A stretch of 64,000 bases of DNA from Perkinsus chesapeaki ATCC PRA-425 (taxonomy: Eukaryota; Protista; Perkinsozoa). Where the stretch lies: NCBI GenBank assembly GCA_013115145.1, contig JAAPAO010000105.1, positions 12,262 to 76,261 of the forward strand, in the 5' to 3' direction. Position numbers and translations under genes: made by a program. A model generated the notes under the pieces. It was not told the DNA's origin. It searched no databases and saw only the letters and a program-made list of their open reading frames with translations. Each line of letters opens with the position of its first letter. Within the stretch, counting starts at the first letter, position 1. Below are positions 11,900-24,174 of the stretch, piece after piece.

Positions 11900-12618
11900 A
11901 TGCTCATCATCGTTATCATTTCTTTTGCTTAGTAGACGATCCTTCCTTTTTCTGCTTGGTACTGGCAGTTTCGTATCGGAAATTAGCTCTGGCCCAACGA
12001 CCGTTCTTTCTATCCCAAATCACGCTGAACCTAATTGAAAGAAAGACGCTAATATTCCGACGACTCTTCCGTGGTGTACTTGTAATATCTAACGCAATTA
12101 CAAAATAAGTGTTCCAACCACGTCTACACTGAGGAACATTTGGCAGGAAGCGCCAGTCCCGTGGAGGAAATAGTAGACTGCAATTCTATACAGGAGCTTG
12201 CGCATTTTCCCTCATACATATTAAAATAACATAGTTACTGGTATGATAAATATAAACAGCAGTCCTACATAACCTACTTATATTGTCCATCTACAAATAC
12301 ACCATAAACCCGCCCCCGATCGCCGTATGTCATGAAGTACTCCTCCAACGGTTGACCAGACTTGTACGCGAATTCGATACGATTACCGAAGGCATGATAG
12401 CTGCTCTGTAACCTGACAAAAACACTGGTGACAATGCATAATAATAAAAGACCCGGTGGAGGCAGTAAGTGAAGGCGCCTTGATAACATTTCGATTGAGA
12501 TACACAGGAAGAAAGAGGATCTTTTTCGCTAATGCCCTTACCTTGGCGGCTTTATGTTCTTTCCATCAGACTTCATCCGTGATGCCAGTTTAACTTCTCG
12601 GCCTTTCACTTTAGACAT
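11900..12618 (-). CDS. Hypothetical multi-exon protein
   Basis: MSKVKGREVKLASRMKSDGKNIKPP followed by GTAAG; later exon SYHAFGNRIEFAYKSGQPLEEYFMTYGDRGRVYGVFVDGQY; 3' end uncertain. Confidence 0.35.
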
Positions 12619-12667
12619 ATCGAGTAGACCAGATTTTCCCTCTGAAACTGTTCGTGCTGGTTCACTT

Positions 12668-14360
12668 TTACTCCGCTTCACCTTCGTCTTTCATTTCTTC
12701 CTCCTCCTCCTCCTCCTCCCCGTCTTTGTTATCTCTATCGTTTACAAACCGATCGCTCCTGGTGGCCTCCTCCGATCTTGTGCCGTTCTTTGGCCGAACA
12801 CCCAGCGCCATCAATTCGCGAACGGCCGAGACAAGATCGCCTTTCTCGAAGCAAAGCTCTGCCTAAGCAACAGGGAGACAAAAACTATTCTTTAGAAGGA
12901 AAGTGGAAGAGTTGAAATGGCAGAATGCCGTGAACTCGAGGCGCCACCGCCGATGGATCAGTAGTGTGACCGTAAGGTAAATCGTACATGTAACGAGGTG
13001 GAACAAAAAGTCTATAAATTTTCCGTCTCTTCACAACCGTATCCATCCCTGTTTTCTCACCTTGCTGGCCATATCGCTGTCCAACAACCATTGTTTAAGT
13101 TCTGCAGCGGACCAGGATGATACCGCTTCCAGCTCTTCCTCGGTCGGTGGGACACTCTTGGTATCGTTTGATGACGGCTCTGCTAATTAAATGGCGCGAC
13201 AAACTAAACGAATGGAAGCTCACCGCTCTCAGCGTTGGCCCGGTTTGGTATTGTCAATTTCATGTCGGAGAGTATCTCGTATCTGTAAGACAACACTAGA
13301 CACTTCAAGGGTACAGCCCACAGCTCACGACAGTAAGGCTTCGGCGCGTTATATATTGACAAGTATCTCGCGCTTTCCATTTGGCGTCTATCGTTTTCAT
13401 ATTCTGCCCTGTTCCAGGGCCAGCAACAGTACTTCCAATCGTGGACATCGATACCCTATCTGCTACGAGCCTAGTAATTTCCAATAATCCTTACGTTAAT
13501 ATCGACACTACCGAAAAGCTGATGATAATTTTCCCAATGAATCAGTGCTTATCATCCTCTTACTGTTATTCACGCGTATCATCATTTTTATAAGAATATC
13601 CATTCTCCACAATGTGTCCTGCTATTGTTCATCAATACACTGATTCTCCCACCCTCGAGTATCGACCCTACCTGTGCTTCCGGTCATTAAAAACAAACCA
13701 AGGTTCAGCGCTGTTGGCCAATTCGAAAGCGTCCGAGCAATCAGGGTCATCCAGGAAAGCATAACATAAATTAGTATCTCGCAGTTGAGAATGGAGCTTC
13801 CAGTCATTGAACCTGCGCGGGTTCAGTAGAATACGATATGGCACTTTGAACAGTGGCCGCTACCTCGACACCAAAAACACCCCGCTTTCAGATACTACTC
13901 ACCACTACGCATAATCGAGATCGGAACAAGAAAATGTCATTTCCCCAGTTGATGAATGCGCGATAGCTGTGTCGTTTGAGATATATAAATGGTTAAACGA
14001 AATTCCCGCCCAAGTTATCAGAAAATTTCTGTGCCGAATTCCCAAAAATTGCCAATTTCGGTGGCCAACCCTCAAAATTTCTGCACTCAACAGATACTCC
14101 AGTTTTCTTTTCACCAACTCACCTCTCAGAGTAGTATAGGAACACAGGCCATCGATCATTGCCAGATATCCTTCTATAGGCAGGTCGGCCATTAAAAAGG
14201 CCAATACGTTTATATGTACCTTAACACTACAACTGTCACCAGGGCTACTTCCACAATTCTTACCATTTAATAGACCGGAGTGGTATGTATGCGCTGTAAA
14301 AATATCAACTATCGATCGACCAGCAGTAGTCTTGGGCTTACGATCTCGAGGATTCATGTT
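12668..14360 (-). CDS. Hypothetical multi-exon protein with C-terminal SAP-like motif and poly-Glu tail
   Basis: Spliced exons WISGNDRWPVFLYYSESYRAFINWGNDIFLF, FNDWKLHSQLRDTNLCYAF, WSAAELKQWLLDSDMASK/AELCFEKGDLVSAVRELM and DGEEEEEEEEMKDEGEAE*; 5' end unresolved. Confidence 0.5.
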
Positions 14361-14714
14361 CTGGATAGGAACGATGTTAAGTTAAATTATGAAAACGTTT
14401 TTATCCCAGCAAGAAGCACGGTAGTTGGAAAATAAACTTCATCAGAGCAGGAGTTATTATCGAATTGAGTATCATCGTATTAGACTGTCGAGATTCCGAC
14501 TGTTGTACTACGACATTATAACATTCATCATATGAATGCAACAATGAAATACAATCACTTGGACAGGGAAATGACGATTTTGATCACCAAAGTTTGGTGT
14601 AATCGCAAAGTAAGGCCCATTTCTCTATTTCTCATCTGGGAGTATCGGACCCGAATTCGGACGAAGCTTCGACGAACACAAAATCTCAACGAATCAATCC
14701 TGACGCGGAAATCC

Positions 14715-15984
14715 TTAGTTAGGCAGGTGGTGGCCCTAAAATTCAGAGTTCCAGGGATAGTGTGATTCAGCGACAATACACCCCAACACCGGTGACCACC
14801 CACCTCATCCGTGTATCTAGCATATGCCCTCCGAGTACTGTCACGCTCTCTTCTCCGCTCTCGTGGACTGTTATTTTTACGACGCTCAAATCTAGAAATA
14901 ATTCACTATTAAAGAGCAATGACAGCTGCTCACATGCGTTCCTCATCACTCTCATCATAGTAATCTTCCTCATCTGTATCTGACTGGTACTGCGCCCATT
15001 TATTATTTCCTTGCCGACGTTGAGTTCTTTTGAATCTAAATGGAAGAACAGAGATTAGTGAAGGAAAAGTGGTGCGCCACGACGATGGAAAATTTCATTG
15101 CATTTTTTTAAAGAAAAATTCAAGATTTCTTTATGGAAAATTTCGATGAATCTCCTTAATATTTAGAGAAAAAAACCCGTTTTTTTCCTGGAAAAATCCC
15201 GGAAATTTCTTCAAAAGGTTCAAATTTTTAAAAAATTTCTGTCATGACGCAGCCCTATACCACGCTCGACTTACTTGCTCCAAGCCTTCTCAAACTCCCT
15301 CTCATCGAACGCGAAGTCCTCCCCTTTCGGTCGTCCTGTTGACCACCACCAAGTTGTACCGCCAAACCCACCCGAACCGAAACCACCATTGCCATTAGTC
15401 GAAGAAGTCGAAGACGACGACGAAGACCTGCTGACAATTTCGTGGCGCGCGGTTTTCGCTCGACGGGCTTATTACGTATTGTAGTTCGGCTTTGCCGTCG
15501 ACGCGGCTCCACCGTCTTTCTTCTCTTTATTAATATGTTCGTAGGCTTGTTGTACCTGATCTTGGCAATGACGGATGGAGGAGGCGCAGGAAGAAGCAGT
15601 TCTTGGACAACTTATTCACCTGCTTTGACCAGCACAACAATAACGCGTTTTGTCGATAGACTAAAGTTCTGTACTTCAAGTCTTCAGTCTACTTCAGTAG
15701 CTATTTCCAGGTTTAAAGAACGACGTTAATAAGTTCGACTTGCCGCCCAGCGAACTCACTCTGACAAACTTATCATGATTCCCTCCAGCGTCCGGATGAT
15801 GCTGCTTGACGGCCTTCAAGTACGCCGCTCTGACCTCCTTATCAGAGGAGTGCTGGTGAACTCCTAGTTCCGCATAGCTGTCAAATCGGGGCGCAGCACT
15901 GAAGTGCCTTCGACGCGGAGCTAACTTGTACGGAGAGGCTCTTGGAAAAGGTCGACTTATTTTACAGCAGCCATGAGAAAGCAT
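14715..15984 (-). CDS. DnaJ (J-domain) protein with organelle-targeting-like N-terminus
   Basis: YAELGV...VRAAYLKAVKQHHPDAGGNHDKFVR/VQQAYEHI (HPD motif); G/S-rich linker; 3' end uncertain. Confidence 0.8.
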
Positions 15985-16343
15985 TCGCAAAGTACGAAGA
16001 AAGCTCAGCTACATGAGAAGGCGTAGAAATCCGAAGAAGTAAAGGAAGCTGGCGAGCAGATTGTCAATCCGAAGCTCATTTGAAGGAAAGATTCGAGTGA
16101 AGATTGTGCAACTGTCTCCCTCCTGGCATTGAGCTAACTCTAAGTCGAAGACCATTAACAGGAAGCGTTCGAAACGCTCAACTTCAGATTCCCTTTTTGT
16201 ATAGTCTAGAAATAGCGCTACCAATACAGATACGCGAACTCCGAGCTCGAGACTCGTCCGTGGTCGCGGTAAAATGACCTCTTTGTGATATATACTCATT
16301 AAGCCGCGGAAATAGGAATCAGCAAAAACTGATAGAAAAATCG

Positions 16344-17772
16344 TCAAATCATCGACCACACCCTTGCGGTGGTGGACTTTCGACTGACAACATGCCGACA
16401 CAGAGGACAGGACCCGTCCTTTCGCAACCAAGCTGTTATGCAATCCTGGTGGTAAATATGGCCGCAGACGAGGCGAGTGACGCTTTTATCAGGGGAGCCT
16501 TCGGGAGCATTGCTGTAGCCTTCAAGACAGATTGCACACTCAACATCATTGGGGACCTACAAAAATGCACTGAAGGCAGCCGAGTTCCCCCGCTAGGGCG
16601 AAATGATCAACTTGAGCAGATCAAACCCGATAGTGTACCCACAAATCTGTTTCACAAATTGCCGAGCTTCATCACTTCAACTATTAGAATTTGAAATGTT
16701 TAAGCATCTTAAATTACCCAACGCGGGAAGATTCATCCAACTCGACCCCACAGTAGGGGTGAACTCTAGCAGCTCGAATGGCTCACTTCAAATGTTGTAT
16801 GGGAGCGCAGCTCTTCGATATTATGCAGGGATGCCTTGCTGACGGAACTTATGGAATGCTGAACAGACAGTCAAATAATAATACCAGAATAATCGTAAGT
16901 CTGGTCCAGCTAACATTCAACACGCAAGTCATTCCGGTTTGCCGCTATTTTTGTTCCTTTTCGAACCACGGACTGCGATCTGCCGGGAATATATATCCCA
17001 TAAATTCCCGATACTCACAATGATCTCTATACCGCTCGCTCGTGTGGAATCTGTTCCAGTAGGAGAGGGACCGATCTAAAAGGCACTTTGATGCCGATGT
17101 GTCGGAATGACTTCTACCTCTAAATCTTGGATGTTTTGTTCAGCATAACGCCTAGCTGAAGGAGCGGCAGGGGAAGTCGCGGAGTTAACTTCACCTGAGT
17201 TCGCGATACATAATAAATACATCATGATGAAAATTGGAAATTTAATATATCATGTTAATAGAGAATTTCAATTAGAAATCTGATATATAGTAGCGGATAG
17301 GAATATAATGTAAATAATAACCGTGGTATTATATATAGTAAAGAATAGGCAATATAATGTAAATAATAACCGTGGTATTATATATAGTAAAGGAAAGGCA
17401 ATATAATGTAAATAATAACCGTGGTATTATATATAGTAAAGGAAAGGCAATATAATGTATTAAACTGGAGTGGAGCTTCTAGTGTATAATAGTAGATAAA
17501 AGGTTGAATTAAAACCTTCTGTAGTATGAGCATGCGCTCCTTTGGTACATTTCAGACCAAGTCTGAAATCTTATTTCAGAAAAAAATTTAGTCTCAAATT
17601 TAGTTTTTTTTAAATCTCAGTCTCAACTGAGCGAAATGTATTTACCTAATCTAAGATTGAGTCTAGGCCTGCCTCGACCCTCATAAGCCTTTCTCCTTGT
17701 AAATAAGTACAGTGCTAGTAATAATCCAACAGGAATTAACAATAAAAGGTATATAGCTGGTGTAACAACCAT
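16344..17772 (-). CDS. Transmembrane RING-H2 E3 ubiquitin ligase
   Basis: CAICLEGYS...VTRLVCGHIYHQDCITAWLRKDGSCPLCR; upstream TM exon MVVTPAIYLLLLIPVGLLLALYLF; may have further 5' exons. Confidence 0.75.
17302..17459. repeat. 49-bp minisatellite, about 3.2 copies, intronic
   Basis: Unit AATATAATGTAAATAATAACCGTGGTATTATATATAGTAAAGGAAAGGC starts at 17302, 17351, 17400 and 17449. Confidence 0.95.
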
Positions 17773-18194
17773 TACAGACAATTCTGATAGAAAAATAGTA
17801 AAAATAGAAGTGTTGTGATCCACCCATGTGCTCGCCTATTGCTCGCCAGCCTATTGAGCTGAAACTCTGCATAGGAATTTTCAGGCCAGTAGAAAAAATC
17901 TCGTGCATGACCACGAAAGAAAGTAAACTCCGTCGTGGCAAATCAAATTACTCGACTCAGTTAAGTGGAAGAAATGCCTCTCTTCTTTCACTGCGTACAC
18001 TACCTATCTTTATGTCAGGCATTCATTATGAACTGCAGATTGGCACAACAGCAGTACAGCACCAGCTAGTAACCATGAAGCTCACAGTTCTACATGGTAA
18101 TATCGATAATTAGCCTTATCATTCTTTATACTACTTATGCCTCCGCCAGTATTGAGAACACCAAAATACTCAAACTGTAGAAACGTACAATAAA

Positions 18195-21100
18195 TCACCA
18201 CTTCCATTTATCGATTGGTGGAAAGGCATTCTGCTTGGAGAACACGAACTTGTTGTGTTCGTATGACAGATAACCCTGAAATAAGGCGGCATTCATTCGA
18301 TTTCAACACAGACAGACGTGGACAAGAGTTTGGTAAGTGGGTTTGCTAACATCCTTGCGAAGTCTCATATCGGGATGAACAAGATAATAGTATTGTAATC
18401 CTCAATGACAGGAATGAGGGCACTTTACGATTATGAAGGGGTTCATGCACTTCCGAGCTAAACGCGAGCGAGGCAAGGTTAATGTTGGAATCTTTGCTGC
18501 ATCCAAAAAAACATACTTCTTTCAACTGAGGTACTTCAAGTTACCCATACGCTGCCGGGCGGGATGAGTATGGCGAATCCTTTGATTCGTAAACAATCCC
18601 ACTGGGACTGTCCCAGCTCCACATAAGCGTCGGTGAGGCCCTCTGATGTCTACAGTGTACTATCATTCTTGAAGCCACATAATCCCGGCTATATACTTGT
18701 GAACTATTTAACGTACAAGATAAAAGCGTGCTATTCACAAGGCAAACTATTTCAGGTGAAGAAGGGAATGACTATAATTTGAAATAACAGTGTCTTCCTA
18801 CAGCGCTCCTCCCACAGACAGCATAGACAATATACAACGGAAATTGTAACTTACTATCATCCATGCGGCGGCTTATTAGTAGTAAGTGTCAATACAATGC
18901 AATTATTTACAATGATATTATCTTATGTCATATTCGCTTGGAAGCACAAGTCCATATAGAGTATAATATATAGACCCAAATGAGCGGTCCTTTCGAATGG
19001 TATAAGTACCGGGTCCTAGCTCGTTCGCAATAAGAAGTTACGTGGGTGGGCCCTAGCTAAATGCACACCCTGTTTGAGGAGGATATTCAATCGACTTATT
19101 ACCGATGACTTCTTATTCCCTTACCTTGATCGCCTGTATATATATTAGCCCAGCTAGTGAGCATTGCACCTCGTCACTATCTGGACAGTGTACTTGATGC
19201 TCCTCACTCTCAACACTCATCGGTGAGCTACTAGCAATACTCACACTAGAAGACTCGACAATCTCAGGGGGCTTAGATGACGCAACTTGCCAGGCTGAAA
19301 GAGGCATGTCTCTCGGCCGTCAATCCATGAGTTCGTTGCGATGAGCCGTCGAGTAGTTCGCATTCTGCGGACTACATAAAATCGAAGACGCTTCAATTTT
19401 AGAAGTATCGATGCAAAACAAATCAACGTACTGATTGGAGCGTGAAGCAGGGGCGCTTAATCGACATTTATAGTACGAAGGCCGGCCCTCATGGTGCATT
19501 TCAGCACTAAGCAGTAATTAGGAATCAACGTACACCAAGAACATATAGAGAACATCTACATTTGTATCATCAGTATATAGGATTTATGCAAGATTTACGT
19601 TTATGACAAAATGGAGTTTTCATTCGACTGGTAAGTTAGTAGACTTCAGTTTAAGCAACTCAATGAAATTATCAGCAGCGATCCTATAGATAATCCATCT
19701 CCGCGTTGTTGATATTTCGTGATGAAGTATGTATCTTTGCTTCTCCCAGCTCACCAGTATCAAAATAATCCAGGTCCATTTTGTATCCACATGATGCAGG
19801 ATCAACCGTCAAGTACACTCGCTTTGCCAGGTTTCTGTATAACACCAACTAACAGAAAGAACATCGTCCTCCTAGCTCAGTTGGTTATAATGCTATTTCA
19901 ATAAGCAACAGACCCTAGTTCGAACACCGCCTACAGACTCACCAGCAACTTCTCCATCACCATATAGGTGCCGGCCTTCACATACTCATCGGTGTTGTGC
20001 TCCAAACAAATCTGATATCTGAAATAGCATCCACAGTACGAGCAGAACGAAGTTATTCTGTCCTTCATGAGAGACGGGCAGAGAAAGGATATACATACGA
20101 CTTGCGAGGACACCAAATAAATAATAGATATCATGGAGCAAAGATAGCTCGTTTCAAACCGTCTTTTTCGGGCAGTCCCAAATTCTCACGGAATGGAGCG
20201 AGGGGGTGCAGGCTGTGCTTAAGGGTTAAGATCTCAGTTTCTGTCGAATGCGTACAACGGAACGCCCTATGATGCTGCTAAATATATCAGTGGCTTCATA
20301 CAAATGTGGAATGTCCGCAATGATGCTACGCGTTTGAGGCACAGAGTTGCGAGATATTAGATATAAAACACCTTTCATTTGCTAAACGATTCACATCCAT
20401 CGAAAACCGCAAGTACAAAGCATGATCTCAATCCAGGATAGTCGCAAGTTCGAATCCCAGCAAAGGCGTTTTTACTCTCTAATATTTCCAACTCGAACAG
20501 CATGCAATATTCGTCCGTACTCATTCTCCAAACCATACTCTCTAAGCATACTCCTCTTCGGCAAAAAACCGCGCGCCAATAAATTACACGGTATCAAATA
20601 CTGCGCAATTCGTCTCCTGTTATGATTGTGTTCTTCACAGCAATTATCAAGCGCCCAGTTTAATCGCTCCGCAGCCTCCCCGAATCTCTGCTCCGTCACA
20701 AGATATTTCCCCCAATGGAAATAAAGAGTAACAGCAACAGACTTGGGGAGCGCCGTCGGAGTGAAATACGCCTTATACTGCTGCTCTACAGCGGCAAGAA
20801 TCGGGCCACAAAGTGCAACTTGGTCGAGCCTTTGGAACAATCGAAGCAGCTCGCTCGATAACCAACATGCTCCCGTCATTTTCCTCCGCCGCTCTTTCAA
20901 GAGCTTCGGGAATAGTTCTCGAGCCACCTCGACGAGCTTCATGCACCATCGGTCCTGGTCACTGGCGTTGTCCATGTAGATAGCAAGGTGACGAGTCTGG
21001 GATGTTATCTCGATAAAGGGAGGGACAAACCACGCAAAGGAGTCGCCCGAGGTGAAGTAGACATCATGGAGCTCCTCAGACGTCTGAAAAAACCATTGGC

Positions 21101-22398
21101 TTTAATGATTGGAGTACAGCGGTTGCCAGTGACGCTTAGAAAGACAGGTCAGGAATATTATCTTCGTTTCAGATCTTAGGTGACCCGATTTCGGATGATG
21201 TAGAAACCGCCGCAAGATACTCAATATTAATCAGGCACACGTTGCATGTTCTTCTATATTCTCTTAAAGTATACACGTACTAGAATTACACAGCTCAACA
21301 GAATGCGCCGCACGGTGAAGAGTACTGCTAAAATGATAACGAGCTATTAATACCACATTTCCACCAAATCATGCCCTCACCACATGCCTTACCTCCTCTA
21401 CACTAGAAAGCAGTTCGCTATTGACATATAGTTCCGTATAGGCTCGCTCAGCTGTTACCAAATGTTCTAGGGCAAGTGCCTGACAGAAGACATATACAAA
21501 TAGTATACGATTAACCATCGAGAAGCATCTGATCCATTGAGTGGCCAGCCTAAGAGATTCTGATATCCCTCCTCCCTAGACCTTCCTCGCAGCCAGCTTC
21601 CCCTAATTCATTTCAGCGACAGTTTTGATGAAGCGATGCCTCAATTTCAGCACCTTAGTCACGAAACAGTCCCCAGGGAGTACAAGGTTAACCACTCACG
21701 CTTGTTTCTCGTTAAGCTCCATCACAAGTGTTGATTTTCTGCTCAAAAAGTTTACGGGGCCTCACCGCAGAAGACGAGTTTCACCATGCCGAAGGTCTAT
21801 ATGTCATTCGCTGCCATATTTTTGTCAGGTGCCAAGAAGTAAAGCTTCATGCTTCTCGCATTACCCAATCATGATTCCTTCGAGCCTTTAAATGCAATAT
21901 GTAGGCCTGTACGAACTTTGACCACATTCCCATCTGTGCACCTTGCTTGATAAACGTTAAGTTGACCACGCCTTGGATACCAGAGTCAGCACGGTTCAGA
22001 CAATCGTTAAAACCTGACAAAGTAGCCCTCATCTCTACCATAGTTTGCCCGTCTAATTCCAATACAAGCAAATGTCTTCGGTTATTATCAACCTCGGTCT
22101 GGAAATTACACATACGCGGTCGCCTACATGAGTTAGGGGGAAAATTAAAATGTCGGACATAGTGTAAGTGTACTATTCTTGTTCCTTTACTCCGCTTGAT
22201 TGCCGAACCACAGCAGCAGTGCAATTCGATTCAAGATCGACACAAAGCGGCTGTCTCCCTGTGCGTACATAGTCTCTCATGTGCCTTTGCTAAATGCTTT
22301 CTTATAGCAGGACCATCCTCGAGTTTAACCAATGAAACTAGTTCTTCACACCAGTCGTAAAGGTCATCATTAACTTCCTTCGACTTAGTTGGTGCCAT
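18195..22398 (-). CDS. PCID2: PCI-domain protein 2 (Thp1/CSN12-like, TREX-2 subunit)
   Basis: VTLYFHWGKYLV...EAAERLNWAL..C...NRRRIAQYLIPCNLL.RGFLP; GTYMVMEKLL/LVLYRNL; C-terminus GYLSYEHNKFVFSKQNAFP. Confidence 0.8.
19866..19938 (+). pseudogene. Decayed tRNA-Ile(AAT)-like relic, antisense in a PCID2 intron
   Basis: TAGCTCAGTTGGTTA A-box, TCAATAA loop and GTTCGAAC B-box at canonical spacing over 73 nt; stems mostly broken. Confidence 0.6.
20396..20473 (+). pseudogene. Decayed tRNA relic with T5 tail, antisense in a PCID2 intron
   Basis: GTCGCAAGTTCGAATCCCAG-CAAAGGC-G-TTTTT; 5' half unrecognisable. Confidence 0.45.
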
Positions 22399-24174
22399 AG
22401 AACAAATAAGCTGCACATGAACTTGATAAAACGAAATCCCGCACAATTCAATGGCTTTTTGGACCCTTCCGCGATGACATCTCACGGCTCGACTCGGGAA
22501 GAACGGAAGCGTTCTCCTCAGACATTGACAATAAAAAACAAGTGTTCAACAGAGCAGCGCGGTGAAGTGGGAATTTCCTGACCTCATTTTAAATAGCTAT
22601 TGCCCAGAAATAAACCGACATTCTCCAGATGGGTGTTTGAAAGATGTTGAAACGCAGGTCTGCCAGATACGTCACAATGAAGAACGAAGACTTGGCCTGC
22701 TTCGCCGCTAATCTCAATTATTGTTTTCACGCTCCATTAATACCCCGCCAATCTCGCAAATTGCACCCTCTGATGATGAGAGTTGCCGAGCTAATGACTG
22801 AGAGGTCTGCATGGTGATAGGGACTACTATTTCGTTTGCGACTTCATCAGATTGTCCATCAGTGTCATTTGTACGACGAACAGCTCTTGCTCCAGACGAA
22901 CAGAGGCAAACTGCTACAGTTGACACCGATGCCGACGTCACCTCTTTCATACGGAAGAAATAGCTCATCTTGGAAAATGCGAAAATCTATTTCATGGTTG
23001 CTACGAGCGTTTGCTTTCATATCCTGAAGAGTCCAACATCGTAAATGTTAAGTTCATGATCGGAAGGTCATACTTTCAACGTCTACTGGGGCATTTTCCT
23101 GTCTTCAGGGGCTCAGCATCTTCATGCTACTGAACACCGCATTCGGCCTTATGATAAGGCCCTGTAGAATAGATTTTCTTCGTTGGAAAGTCGATCCCTC
23201 GCTTTGCTCGGCCTAGGCTCTTTGAAATCCCCAAAGCTTCCGACTGTCATCATAAGGGTCTTACCGAGCAGCTCCCAAACGATGCCTCGAAGCCTTTTAG
23301 TGGTAAAAAGGGATCAAAAGTTGAAATAAGAGTTGCCGACAACTTAGCTAGCTGATGCTAAAAAAGTCCCTCATGAAGGCGGCAACGCTCTCCCCTCCTC
23401 CCTATCCTCAATTACAACCTTCTTCCTACTCATGGGGTGTCAATAAGCCAGCCAGCGTAGAAAGCAAGACTGAGCTGAAGGTATTACGGGGGCACGAACA
23501 GACCGTAAAACTAATTTTCCACGAAAATATCACTTTTCTTGAGGGCACCGAGGGCATCGCTGTCTACATTGCTGAATATTATTCACAATCGTTCCTTGCG
23601 TGTAAGGAATTCGCACGGTGATATAAAGCAAATTTCGCCCGCCTCTAGGGCACGAACCGTTTCGTATTCGAACTTGTACTTTTAGTGTGTATTATTACGT
23701 TTTAAGCTTGTCGCCCCCCAAATTTCAGAACAAAACTCCTAAATATGGCTAAAAAATGAAATTTCGCGATTTGCCTAAAGAAATTGCGCGGTCCCTAGTA
23801 AGGCTATTTTCAACAGACACTGCTAAACAGCTGCGCATTTAGTGACATTTTCAGAGGAAATTCAGTGATTCGTGTCACTGTGACACGGTCAGGCCGCCCG
23901 ACCCTGGCGATGCCAATCATTGTGTCAACAAACTTAGATAACTGTTGGCCTAGGAGTTATCCAAGACTTATCCTAAGAGTCTTAGGCTATTGGTAGAACG
24001 CAAGATACTCATGACTGCCGACGATGACGGCCCATACAGATATAATATCTGAGATATTGCGGTAACAATTAACAACTTGGCTTTTCTCCCTGGTGGTGCT
24101 TCTGTCAGCTATCATAGCTGAGCTATAGGTCTAGGAGATACCGGAAAGACAGCAAGATATGGAGATTTGGGCTA

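Noticed and set aside
16009-16443. 144-aa ORF as an independent gene
   Set aside because: Its 5' third overlaps the RING-H2 exon in another frame; the remaining 96 codons have no recognisable motif, so it is left uncalled
17221-17284. C/D-box snoRNA (ATGATGA...CTGA)
   Set aside because: Antisense to the host intron, very AT-rich, with no terminal stem or guide evident
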